A stretch of DNA of 32,000 nucleotides from Trichodesmium erythraeum IMS101 (GCF_000014265.1 NC_008312.1:6120001-6152000), one strand, 5' to 3'. Positions 16,937-26,164 are shown, counted from the first letter of the stretch. The notes: generated by a model from the letters alone, not told the origin. Program-made: numbers and translations.

Positions 16937-18085
16937 TCAAGTATTCTGATACAATTTAATTCTTAATCTTTTTAATTCTGTCTCCAATAGCTGATTTTGA
17001 GATTTTAATAACCCCAATTCTGCTTGAGAATCATATAGCCTACTTCGTAACTTTTCTAATTCTGACTCAACAGTTTGAAGCTGAGGTTTTAAAACATTCA
17101 GTTCATCCTGAGACTCCATTGCTATAGGTCGCAGTTTTACTAATTCCTCCTCAAATTGTAAGAGTTGATATTTTAATCTTTCTATCTCATATTCTTCTGG
17201 ATTAATTTCTATTTTATCTTGATTATAAACATGATTAACTACTTCTCCTGTAATTATATTCTTAACTTCCTTGAAATGAACTCTACATAAAAATGGGTCA
17301 GATAGCAAAGGAATATAATACATACAATCAGAAAAATAATAATGTGTCACCTGACTATATCTAGTCCTATTTTTATCTAAAACTGGACTACCTCCATGAA
17401 GTAAATTTGCTGCCCAAATTAAAGCTTGACCTTTCTTAACATAAAGTTCTACTTTTTTTAAACCATTGTATTCAATTAATGACTGTAAAAACTCTTCATA
17501 TACAGGATAAATATCATAAGGTTTATTCTGATAACTACCTGTAATTCCTAAATCATTTAAATCAAAAATTGGTAATTTATGACTCCCAGGATAATAATGC
17601 AGCGGACCATTATTAGCATCTATATCTTCCAAAGCCACCCAAACTCCACACATAAATCTAGCTGGAACTGAACTAAAATGTATGCTATCACTATGAGTAG
17701 ATTGTTCAGTACCAAACCTGAAATTTAGAGTTTGAAAAGGGATTGGTTCTCGCTGATAAAGTATTTTTAATAGATTAATAATATGGGGAGCCGTAGCAAT
17801 TTTTTTAACATCTTGATTAAAAGTCCAAGCATCTTGAATTCTATCATTATAAATCCAAGCTGATTTTACTTTCCCTTTTTCTCCATATATGGGAGTTAAA
17901 TCTTTAACTATGCGATCTACAATTTCTGAAATATTTTCTATACCTAAGTCATCTATAATTACATATCCTTGTTCTGCAAATTGTTTGACAATTTCTCTAG
18001 TATAATTGTCTAAATTTAACTGATTGAAAATTTGTTCAAAAAAAGGAGAATCTACCCAAGGCAAATTCATTTCAGGAATAGTCAT
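16937..18085 (-). CDS. Phytanoyl-CoA dioxygenase (PhyH)-like Fe(II)/2-oxoglutarate oxygenase with a C-terminal coiled-coil extension
   Basis: 382-aa ORF with a putative facial triad, H-x-D in STHSDS and a distal His in NLLHGGSP. The last 90 aa or so are heptad-like (LKYQLLQFEEELVKLR...LKPQLQTVESELEKLRSRLYDSQAELGLLKSQNQLLETELKRLRIKL). Confidence 0.75.
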   Translation of the reverse strand: MTIPEMNLPWVDSPFFEQIFNQLNLDNYTREIVKQFAEQGYVIIDDLGIENISEIVDRIVKDLTPIYGEKGKVKSAWIYNDRIQDAWTFNQDVKKIATAPHIINLLKILYQREPIPFQTLNFRFGTEQSTHSDSIHFSSVPARFMCGVWVALEDIDANNGPLHYYPGSHKLPIFDLNDLGITGSYQNKPYDIYPVYEEFLQSLIEYNGLKKVELYVKKGQALIWAANLLHGGSPVLDKNRTRYSQVTHYYFSDCMYYIPLLSDPFLCRVHFKEVKNIITGEVVNHVYNQDKIEINPEEYEIERLKYQLLQFEEELVKLRPIAMESQDELNVLKPQLQTVESELEKLRSRLYDSQAELGLLKSQNQLLETELKRLRIKLYQNT

Positions 18086-18714
18086 TTTTCTATATTTTGT
18101 TTAGCTCAATTATTTATTAATAATAGAACGTCAGCAGCAAGCTATCAATAGAGTTATTGTTAAATAGAGATAAAAAATAACTTCAACCTAGACATAGCAA
18201 TAATTTCAAATTTTTTCCTTATCAATAACTACAATCTTTACAGAACAAACTTTTTAGTTATGTTTTAAGTAATAAAGCGACAAGTATAATAATTAACTTA
18301 CAGTATATTCCACGCGTTATCAAGTAGAAATATTAACAATCAAACTTTTGTAGTGCTAGCATCATGCTAGGGACAGCATTACCTCAAGTTTAATCAAATG
18401 TTTTGTATTCTCAGATATGCTTTAACAGAGAAATAAAAGTTAAATTACTAATCTTAGCTATGCCAAAATCAGGCTTGTTCTATCACCCAAACCCTTACTT
18501 AGCAAAACCTATCACTCAAAAAAAAAAGAAGAACCTCTCACACTTGGCGTATTTAATATTATATCATGTTCGAGTCATCAGTAATCAAAAAAAAATTCTG
18601 GTGATCAGTGCTAACTCTATCCTACTGCTGATATCCACAAAACCTCCTGCCTTAACTCCTCCAAAACGTAAGTATATAATATTGATCAAATCCCCTGGCA
18701 ATAGAAGCATTAGA

Positions 18715-18779
18715 AGAAACCGGGTTTATAGGAGAATGCTAGTCAGTATGGTAGGAAATCTAATACAAACCCCGTTTCT
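18715..18779. repeat. 65-nt long-stem hairpin (13-bp arms AGAAACCGGGTTT / AAACCCCGTTTCT, one C-C mismatch, 39-nt loop) downstream of raf1
   Basis: Arms at 18715-18727 and 18767-18779 were paired by hand (12/13). The loop contains AGTCAGTATGGTAGG, related to the AGTCAGTATAC core of the 130-nt element at 21027-21157. It may be the raf1 terminator or a miniature inverted-repeat element. Confidence 0.55.
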
Positions 18780-18780
18780 G

Positions 18781-18834
18781 TTTCAGTATTTTTAGGCTCT
18801 AGCTTCAGCTATCGGTACTGATAACTAATAACTG
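18781..18834 (+). repeat. 54-nt dispersed repeat, copy A (immediately 3' of the raf1 stop codon)
   Basis: It aligns without gaps to 20052-20105 with 44/54 identities by hand alignment. The shared core is TCGGTACTGATAACT[A/G]ATAACTG. Confidence 0.8.
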
Positions 18835-18840
18835 AAATAA

Positions 18841-19959
18841 CTATTCTTCAATTTGCCATAAGTCTTTAATAAGCTCTTCATCAAGAATCTTTTTAGGTCT
18901 TAAGATTAACAAAGCTCGTCCAAGCAACGGTACATTAGGCTCCTCATCAAACCACTGCATGATTATTTTACCCCCTTGGTCTACAATAAAATAACCATCT
19001 TTATTCCATTGACGTTGACTTCTATCTATAATCAATAAAACTTCCTCAGTAGCACCTGGTATAGGAGTAGGCAAGCGATCGCTATTTTCAATTATCGCCA
19101 CTGGATCAACCGCATGGATGACAACTTGCCATCCAGGTATCGCTACCCAAGCACCTGCTCCACCAGAAAATTTAACCATTCTAAATGGTTCGACTTCTTC
19201 CACAAGAGGTACTGCCTTAAAATCTTCTGTCTTCAGCGGTAATTTTCCGATCACAGGTAAAATGCGAGGTAAATCTTCTTCTAACTCTAGTCGATAAACT
19301 GGCAGACGGGGAGCAGGTCTTTGAGAAACAACAGTAAAATCAGTTAATAGTTCTTCAAGCTGTTTTCTAGCTGTTTGAGAATCCACCAATTTTAGACCTT
19401 TAGCAATCAGACGAGACCTATGTTGTAGCTCGCTTTGTTGCCTAGCTTGTTTCCAACATTGATACCCTACTATATCTCCAGGAGAATCAGAAAATCCTTC
19501 TGGTATTGTTTTCATCTGAGCAAAATCTTTGATCGCTTTTACTACATCTTTGACATCATCAACATCAAGATCGTGAGCAACTATAAACTCACTTGCAATG
19601 ATTCTTTGTTCCTGACTTAAAACCCTCAACTCGTAAAGAATATCACTACCTGTTCTCTCAAAGCGTGATAAAATATCAGCTTTGCTTAGTTTGAGAACAT
19701 TTTTTTTAATGTCAGCATTGACAAGACTTGCATATACTTGAGACCCGACTATCACCTGATTTTGGTGTATCGGTTCAAACCCTGTTTCCTCAAAAATGTT
19801 CTGAGAAGTATATCCAGCTTTTTGTAGAGCAGCACAAGCGTTTCCCCATTCTACCCAACTACCTTCTTTGCGACGCAGCAAACCAATTAAGTTTTCTGGA
19901 TCTACTAGATTTGTTAATTGTTGTTCCTGGTTAGGTGAGTTTTGTGGTGTTTCAGTCAT
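18841..19959 (-). CDS. raf1: RuBisCO accumulation factor 1 (Rubisco assembly chaperone)
   Basis: 372-aa ORF. The N-terminal LLRRKEGSWVEWGNACAALQKAGYTSQNIFEETGFEPIHQNQVIVGSQVY and the C-terminal LLILRPKKILDE...WQIEE match, from memory, the conserved cyanobacterial Raf1 alpha-domain and tail motifs. Confidence 0.85.
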   Translation of the reverse strand: MTETPQNSPNQEQQLTNLVDPENLIGLLRRKEGSWVEWGNACAALQKAGYTSQNIFEETGFEPIHQNQVIVGSQVYASLVNADIKKNVLKLSKADILSRFERTGSDILYELRVLSQEQRIIASEFIVAHDLDVDDVKDVVKAIKDFAQMKTIPEGFSDSPGDIVGYQCWKQARQQSELQHRSRLIAKGLKLVDSQTARKQLEELLTDFTVVSQRPAPRLPVYRLELEEDLPRILPVIGKLPLKTEDFKAVPLVEEVEPFRMVKFSGGAGAWVAIPGWQVVIHAVDPVAIIENSDRLPTPIPGATEEVLLIIDRSQRQWNKDGYFIVDQGGKIIMQWFDEEPNVPLLGRALLILRPKKILDEELIKDLWQIEE

Positions 19960-20051
19960 AATTTAGAATGTTTTGTTTACAAATGAATATACTTTTGACA
20001 AAAAAAATCAGGTTAATAGCTTTCCCTATTTAAGGGGATGAGAAAAATCAA

Positions 20052-20105
20052 CTTCAGTATTTCAAGTCTCTGGCTTCAAAAGTCGGTACTGATAACTGAT
20101 AACTG
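20052..20105 (+). repeat. 54-nt dispersed repeat, copy B (about 95 nt upstream of the raf1 start codon)
   Basis: It is a direct-orientation partner of 18781-18834. Its first 13 nt (TTCAGTATTTCAA, 20053-20065) recur at 30912-30924. Confidence 0.8.
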
Positions 20106-20688
20106 GTATGACCATACTACCAAAATTTTAGTTCCAGATCATAACCAAGCAATTTTAAATGTTCTCAGAAATATATATACAAAAATCAGCTAACTTTTAT
20201 AATTTAGGAGTCAAAATTCAGCCATAAGAAATAGGAACAAGAGAAGATCGCCTTGCCCTTATCAATAGAATTTTCACCAGTTCCTTTTTTGACAACTGGT
20301 AAATCATTTTCTGAGGTTAGCAGTGGCCGTAGCTGACCCATATCCTTACTTTCACTATAGTTTGATTTTCTAGTCATTGAAGTGAATATTCCCATAAGTT
20401 AGAGGCTTATGATCACCGAAGTATTCACAGAGTAAGTGCGACAGCTACATCGCTCTCACTTGAATTTTTACATTCAAGACTTAAGTAAAAACCCGGTTGT
20501 CAAACATACAGCAGATTTCTGGCCAATTATCTAAAGGGTAAATGGTGAAAATTATGTAGTGGGAGTATCTTGCCCTATAGCTGGACCTGATAACAACAGA
20601 AAGCGCTATAAAATTTCAACCAATTAAGGCCATCAACTCTTGGTTTCTTGTAGTAGTACGTTATTTCTGATAATTACAGAACTTACTG

Positions 20689-20712
20689 CTAATGTGTCAG
20701 GTACACACTTAG
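20689..20712. repeat. Bulged hairpin CTAATGTGT-CAGGTAC-ACACTTAG, related to the hairpin at 26165-26187
   Basis: It shares the core GTGTCAGG[T/C]ACAC with 26165-26187. Read directly. Confidence 0.4.
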
Positions 20713-21026
20713 GGTGTAAAATCTGCCAATACAATAGCTTTACTATTCACTCCTTCTAATTATGATATCTGCTCCAATCCTCCATCTCACTAACTTTATC
20801 TTACAGTTTTAAGCAATCGGAATACGAGATTTATACCATAGTCTTATTCTGCTATAGTAATATGAAATATATTAATTTTTACTACCAAATATTGATGGGA
20901 AGATAGGTAAACAGTGTGGGAATTACTATATAGTAGTCCGTCCATTAGTTGTGACAAAATTCTATACTAAAAAAGTTTGGGAAAGTCTAATATTTGACCA
21001 GAACGCAAAAAAAATTCAAATAACTT

Positions 21027-21157
21027 AAGTAAGTCGGTGTTGACATTGGTTGCTATGTAACAAAATTTAAATTGAACTCAAATCAACTCTTTAGAGGAGC
21101 TTGAAGTCAGTATACAAATCTTAATATAGCTAATTTTTTTCATTCCTACCTACTTAT
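21027..21157 (-). mobile_element. MITE-like element of about 130 nt with short terminal inverted repeats, copy X (inverted relative to copy Y)
   Basis: The reverse complement aligns to 31132-31260 at about 108/130 identities (about 83%, hand alignment, one 1-nt gap). This includes a 20-nt perfect block, ACTGACTTCAAGCTCCTCTA. The termini are AAGTAGGT... and ...ACTTACTT. Confidence 0.75.
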
Positions 21158-21900
21158 CTATAGATGGAGTAACATCTTTCCATCAATTATAGGAATTTAT
21201 TTGATGTATCTATCCATTAACTTAGAGCAGTTTTGACCACTATTTTCTCAGGATTAATAGTTAGAATATCATTGTTTTTCAAACAAAATTACAAAAGAAA
21301 AATTAGCTAATGAATTACCTGTTATAGTAATTAAAACTATATCTATTAAATCATAAGTAAAATCCTTAGCCAACTCTAGTATATTTTAGGTATCATTTCC
21401 CTATTTTTATTTATATATCATTCCCCCATTTTTTAAGTCTATTTATATTAGTATTTATCAGGAAAATTTATTTTTATATTTGATAATTTTTCAAGTTTTT
21501 CCCTTTTTATAAAATTTATAAAAATTGATTTATTAATATTTATTAATGATAAAACTAATATTCAGTAGCGATCGCTGCTAGAGATTATACTAAATTGTAC
21601 AGTATAATTTTGGGGGCAGCACTGCTGGCTGAAGTATTTACAAATTTCAGCTCAAAGTGCACTCAAGAATTGGTTGACAAAATATAATGTATAAAGTTAG
21701 CAAAATATACTGTTATAGTTAGTCTAAACTCCAGTAGTTAATGTGGCCTATAATAATTTTCGGCTTAATTAATAAAGATAAATGGCTGGAAATAGTACTT
21801 AATAGGTAGATAATTATTTAAAAGTATATCTTTGTTCCTAATTTATAAATAGAATTTATATTATGTTACTTTAAAGATACGATTTAAGGGGTTTGTTTGA

Positions 21901-22839
21901 ATGGAAGTAATTCCTCAACAGTTAGATAGTATTAGAAATCAACTGATGAGCCTAACCAGAAAAAAGAAACCATTAATGCTGGTAGTAGATGATGAACCAG
22001 ATAATTTGGACTTACTATACCGGGCTTTTCGACGAGATTTTAATGTTCTCAAAGCTGAAAGCGGGATCAAGGCCTTAGAAATTTTAGCTTTAGAGGGAGA
22101 GGTGGCAATTATTATATCCGATCAACGAATGCCAGAAATGAAAGGTACAGAGTTTTTAAGTAAAACTTTGCCCCAGTTTCCTAATACAATTAGAATTATT
22201 CTGACCGGATTTACTGATGTTGAAGACTTAGTAGAGGCCATAAACTATGGACAGGTATATAAATATATTACTAAGCCTTGGGATCCAAATGAACTCAAGA
22301 AAGTTGTACAAAAGGCTGCACAAACTTATCAAGTTTTAAATCAACGTACTGAATATCTGGAAAAGTATCAAACTCAATTGCATTTATTGAACACTGTTGT
22401 CCATATTTCTCAGAAATCTGAGAGCATTGAAGAAGCTTTGGCAGAAATTTCATCCATCTATAATGAAACTTTTTCTACAGATGTATGTATTTTACAATTG
22501 GTTGAGAATAATAGTTTAAGCTCAATTCAAGGATTTAGTAGTAGAGTTGGCCAGGTGGATAACTGGTTGACTAACGATCCCCTGGCAATTGAAGCGATCA
22601 CTTCTGGGAATGTACAATCAGTGATAAATGTTTCAGAAAATACTAAGCTTTCTGATGTTGTACATTATCAGGCTTTAGGAATAGAGACTCATCTTGTCAT
22701 TCCAATTTTCCACCGCCAAAAACTTCTAGCGTTAATGTCACTGCAATGGCAAAAAAACAATACACTAGACCCAGAAGAACTGAGTACAATTAATATCTCA
22801 GCTCAATTACTAGCATTGAGTTTGAATAACTTTAAATAG
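21901..22839 (+). CDS. Response regulator: receiver (REC) domain plus a C-terminal GAF-like domain
   Basis: 312-aa ORF. REC residues are intact (VVDDEPDN acidic pocket, phospho-acceptor in IISDQRMPEMKG, TGF, and Lys in YKYITKPW). The C-terminal 150 aa or so resemble a GAF fold. AAGGGG lies 9 nt upstream of the ATG. Confidence 0.85.
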   Translation: MEVIPQQLDSIRNQLMSLTRKKKPLMLVVDDEPDNLDLLYRAFRRDFNVLKAESGIKALEILALEGEVAIIISDQRMPEMKGTEFLSKTLPQFPNTIRIILTGFTDVEDLVEAINYGQVYKYITKPWDPNELKKVVQKAAQTYQVLNQRTEYLEKYQTQLHLLNTVVHISQKSESIEEALAEISSIYNETFSTDVCILQLVENNSLSSIQGFSSRVGQVDNWLTNDPLAIEAITSGNVQSVINVSENTKLSDVVHYQALGIETHLVIPIFHRQKLLALMSLQWQKNNTLDPEELSTINISAQLLALSLNNFK

Positions 22840-22869
22840 CTTGAAACTAGGAAATTTTGACTTAATTTT

Positions 22870-23571
22870 ATGACTGATGATTCCATAGAAGTTAAAGCTA
22901 TATTTAACAAGATAGCTCCAGTCTATGACCAACTGAATGATTTATTAAGTCTGGGAATACATAAAGTCTGGAAACAAATGGCTGTAAGATGGAGTGAGCC
23001 TGACTATGGCTCTACTTGTCTAGATTTATGTTGTGGTAGTGGCGATTTAGCTTATATGCTGGCCAAGCATGTAGGAAATACAGGTCACGTCTTTGGAGTC
23101 GATTTTTCTCGGGAGCAGTTAGCGATCGCTCGCAACCGCGAACCCCCTCTATTGAATAAAATTAGTCCTATTCATTGGGTTGAAGCTAACGCTTTAAGTC
23201 TACCTTTTCCTCATAATTATTTCGATTGTGCTACAATGGGATATGGCCTGCGTAATGTATCCAATATTCCCCTTTGTTTGCAAGAGTTATATCGGGTCTT
23301 AAAGCCTAATGCTAAGGCAGCAATTCTAGATATGCATTGTCCCAGTAGTTCGACTATACGATGGTTTCAAAAGTGGTATCTAGATACAGTTGTAGTTCCT
23401 GTGGCTAGTAATTTGGGTTTAACTAAGGAATATGCTTATATTAGTCCTAGTTTAACCAAATTTCTCACAGGTAAAGACCAGGTAGCTCTGGCATATAAAT
23501 TAGGATTTGTCAATGCTAAACATTACCCCATTATTGGGGGTATGATGGGAATATTAGTAATTACAAAATAA
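22870..23571 (+). CDS. menG: Demethylphylloquinone/demethylmenaquinone methyltransferase (UbiE/MenG family, SAM-dependent)
   Basis: 233-aa ORF with FNKIAPVYDQLNDLLSLGIHKVWK, the SAM motif LDLCCGSGDL, and GYGLRNV. It starts 30 nt after the response-regulator stop. Confidence 0.9.
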   Translation: MTDDSIEVKAIFNKIAPVYDQLNDLLSLGIHKVWKQMAVRWSEPDYGSTCLDLCCGSGDLAYMLAKHVGNTGHVFGVDFSREQLAIARNREPPLLNKISPIHWVEANALSLPFPHNYFDCATMGYGLRNVSNIPLCLQELYRVLKPNAKAAILDMHCPSSSTIRWFQKWYLDTVVVPVASNLGLTKEYAYISPSLTKFLTGKDQVALAYKLGFVNAKHYPIIGGMMGILVITK

Positions 23572-23634
23572 TTTATCCTAAATTGTAGCAAAGAATAGAC
23601 AGCGCTTTACAACTTTGCTCTTAGGTAATTAAAA

Positions 23635-24861
23635 TTGTCTAATATCTGGCTTTATTTTGTACCACCAATTGCAGGTGGAATTATTGGCTATTTCACTAAT
23701 GATATAGCCATAAAAATGTTATTTCGTCCTTATCGTCCTTATTATATTTTTAGGCGAAAGCTACCCTTTACTCCAGGATTAATTCCTGCTAACCAAGAAC
23801 GTTTAGCAAAACGGGTTGCTGATACCATCATGGGATCTTTGTTAACTCCATCAGAGTTACAAAACTTAGCACGTCGTTTATTACAAACTGAACGGATGGA
23901 AGCAGCTATTCTGTGGCTGCTGCAAATGTCTTTAGACCAATTAAAGCTCAATACAGATACCAAGAGTACCAAAATTTTGGCAAATATTCTACGGGATTTA
24001 TTGGGTCAATCTTTGCCACGACTTCTTAAAGTCTGGGCGAAGAGAGAATATTTTTTAGAAGCTCAAATAAACCAAATTTTTGACCAGATTTTGCTAGAGT
24101 TTCAACTAACTGAAATACAAGCAGCCCAACTATCAGATTGGCTGCTTAAAGTAGTTGTGCCACCAGATGTATTAAGAAAGACTTTAATTGATTTTCTCAC
24201 AGATCAAAATATTTCCATTATTGATGAAGGTTTTCGAGAAAAAGCTAGTGGTACTTATTGGGTAGTAGCTAATTTGTTTGGGCTGCGTAATACTTTAACT
24301 AGGTTAAGGACTTTTTGTTTAGATGAGAGAGATTTAACTAATCAACGCTTAATGGAATTAATTACTGCATTGGCTGTTAAAGAAAGAATTACTGAATGGT
24401 TACACAGTCTTTCAATGCAAAATTTACCTGTTTCTACAGTACGCGAGTTAAGAAACACAATGCAGAATAGTGTACGTTTATATCTACAAGAAAATGGTAC
24501 TGATTTGATTCAAGCTTTAAGTTTATCTGTTGCATGGGAACATATTGCAGATTTAATCATTAATCGTTTACAGGCTTCATCAATAATGAATAGTTCTCTG
24601 GAGTTAGTAAGTCGAGAACTAGCGTTAATTTTAGAACGTTACTTGGAGCGAGATTTAGAAAATATAGTCGCTCTGGCAATTCCTATTTTAAATATAGATC
24701 AAGTGATTATTGATCGTATCAAGGGTACTTCTGCTGAAGAATTGGAAGTTGCTGTTAATGTAATTGTTAAAAATGAGTTGCAAGCTATTGTTAATTTGGG
24801 TGGAGTTTTAGGTGTTGTTGTTGGCTCGTTTCAGACGATTTTGTTAGTACTACAAAGGTGA
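23635..24861 (+). CDS. DUF445-family membrane-associated protein
   Basis: 408-aa ORF with an N-terminal [22 protein letters not shown] and a C-terminal hydrophobic helix, as in DUF445/YheB-like proteins. The start is TTG, because an in-frame stop lies just upstream. Confidence 0.75.
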   Translation: MSNIWLYFVPPIAGGIIGYFTNDIAIKMLFRPYRPYYIFRRKLPFTPGLIPANQERLAKRVADTIMGSLLTPSELQNLARRLLQTERMEAAILWLLQMSLDQLKLNTDTKSTKILANILRDLLGQSLPRLLKVWAKREYFLEAQINQIFDQILLEFQLTEIQAAQLSDWLLKVVVPPDVLRKTLIDFLTDQNISIIDEGFREKASGTYWVVANLFGLRNTLTRLRTFCLDERDLTNQRLMELITALAVKERITEWLHSLSMQNLPVSTVRELRNTMQNSVRLYLQENGTDLIQALSLSVAWEHIADLIINRLQASSIMNSSLELVSRELALILERYLERDLENIVALAIPILNIDQVIIDRIKGTSAEELEVAVNVIVKNELQAIVNLGGVLGVVVGSFQTILLVLQR

Positions 24862-25072
24862 GGTTAACTTAGAATGAAATGAAGGATGAATGCAAAAAAA
24901 CCTTCTACAATAAAGAAGTCATAAGGGAGTATTGAGGGACTGAAATCCCATTTTCAACTCTGGGTTATTTCAGTTATCAATTAGCTGAAACCAAAACCTT
25001 AAAATACTGAAAAAAATTTTACTCTCTGAGCTGCAACTATTGAAAATATTAATAAGTCTGTTTCTTAACACT

Positions 25073-25336
25073 ATGCCAACTTCAAACTTAAACAACTCTC
25101 ATCCTCAAACTAAACTTAATCCAGAAAAATATGCTCGCCTTAAAGCTGAACTAGATGCTCCTTATCGAGGATTACGAAAATTTATCTATGTGGCTTTTGC
25201 CATTTCGGGTTTTATTGGAGCTTTTATCTATTTAGCCCAAATTATTGCTGGCAACAATATCGGTTCTGCTTTTCCTAACTTTGCTTTACAAGTAGGAGTC
25301 ATGGTCTTGATGATTTGGTTATTTCGTTTGGAGTAA
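25073..25336 (+). CDS. Small membrane protein, DUF3493-like (cyanobacteria/plastid lineage)
   Basis: I prefer the ATG at 25073 (MPTSNLNN...) over the TTG at 25040. The motif KYARLKAELDAPYRGLRKFIYVAFAISGFIGAFIYL is followed by a second hydrophobic helix. Confidence 0.55.
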   Translation: MPTSNLNNSHPQTKLNPEKYARLKAELDAPYRGLRKFIYVAFAISGFIGAFIYLAQIIAGNNIGSAFPNFALQVGVMVLMIWLFRLE

Positions 25337-25552
25337 TAATAATTCTTTTGTATTAAAGCTAACTTTTTGTCAAACTTCAGTTATTAAATAATAACTAATA
25401 TAAAAAAAATCACTTTTTTACTCTCTTGAGCTAAGTTAATGTTAATCATTATTATGTTTATTTCTTCTCTACTAATATACTTACCTACTTTTCTACTCAA
25501 TAAAATGTAGACAAGTTTTTGATAAATACTATAACAGGCTAAGACTTTTCTT

Positions 25553-25757
25553 CTAGTGTCTAATTGTCAAAATTAGTAATAGTATTTTTAAGTTAAGCAT
25601 CTTTGACTTCACATTTTTTTTCTGAATAAAAAAGCCTAGGGCTTGGGTTTCTCAAGTTATAAATCTGTGAACTTCTCAATTACTTACTTAATGGCCATTA
25701 AAATATAACTATTAGCAGTATTTTATAAATATATTTACTTTTACAATTAGACACTAG
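25553..25757. mobile_element. MITE-like element of about 205 nt bounded by perfect 15-bp terminal inverted repeats (CTAGTGTCTAATTGT / ACAATTAGACACTAG)
   Basis: Arms at 25553-25567 and 25743-25757 were read directly. The interior is AT-rich and non-coding. The TIR-derived TTCTAGTGT motif recurs as a collapsed hairpin at 26165-26187. Confidence 0.6.
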
Positions 25758-26092
25758 TATAGTAATACGCAAATAGGTTAAAAAATTTATCAATGCTCAA
25801 AGTTAGTTAGAGACTACTTCTGAGTTCTGACTTGCCTATAGCGCTATAAGTCATGATTCCTCTTATATTTCAAGTAATAAAAGTTTATATTTGGTAACAA
25901 GGATATATACTTGGCCATAAAAATATAGAAAAATAAAGAAAATATTATGAAACTAGAGATTCCTGTAATTTTATTGTCAAATAGTAAGTATAAATAAATT
26001 GAGGTCAGCTAATATAAAGACCTTAAACTTTAATTGGGGTTAACTAATATAAAAACCCTAAATATAAAAAGTCAGTTTTTAAACACGAAATG

Positions 26093-26127
26093 AAATGCCT
26101 AGATCATATTTATGGGACTAGGCATTT
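26093..26127. terminator. Candidate bidirectional intrinsic terminator (10-bp stem AAATGCCTAG/CTAGGCATTT, 15-nt loop)
   Basis: It is followed by TGTGTTTT on the plus strand and by CATTTCGTGTTT on the minus strand. It sits between convergent units: the DUF3493-like gene on the plus strand and the infB-ORF61 unit on the minus strand. Confidence 0.5.
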
Positions 26128-26164
26128 TGTGTTTTACAATTCTATTGTTGATGTACGAGTTTAA

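Noticed and set aside
18403-18795. 130-aa ORF in the PhyH-raf1 spacer
   Set aside because: The translation is basic and low-complexity, driven by poly-A runs. There is no RBS, and it overlaps the 65-nt hairpin and repeat A. It is more likely non-coding spacer.
20204-20395. 63-aa minus-strand ORF upstream of raf1
   Set aside because: It is bounded by a stop two codons (6 nt) upstream of its ATG and has no RBS or recognisable family. It is kept only as a possible relic in the desert finding.
24965-24990. Third copy of the raf1-flanking repeat downstream of DUF445
   Set aside because: Only a 13-nt exact match (TTATTTCAGTTAT) plus TAGCTGAA after a gap. This is suggestive but too short to call a feature, so it is mentioned only as supporting detail.
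25040-25072. TTG start at 25040 for the DUF3493-like gene
   Set aside because: The extra 11 residues (MKILISLFLNT) add nothing recognisable. The ATG at 25073 gives an N-terminus consistent with the family, so I chose 25073. Confidence is only moderate.
25483-25490. Extra occurrence of the MITE terminal 8-mer ACCTACTT
   Set aside because: One chance occurrence of an 8-mer is expected in 64 kb of two-strand sequence, and the flanking sequence does not align with the element.
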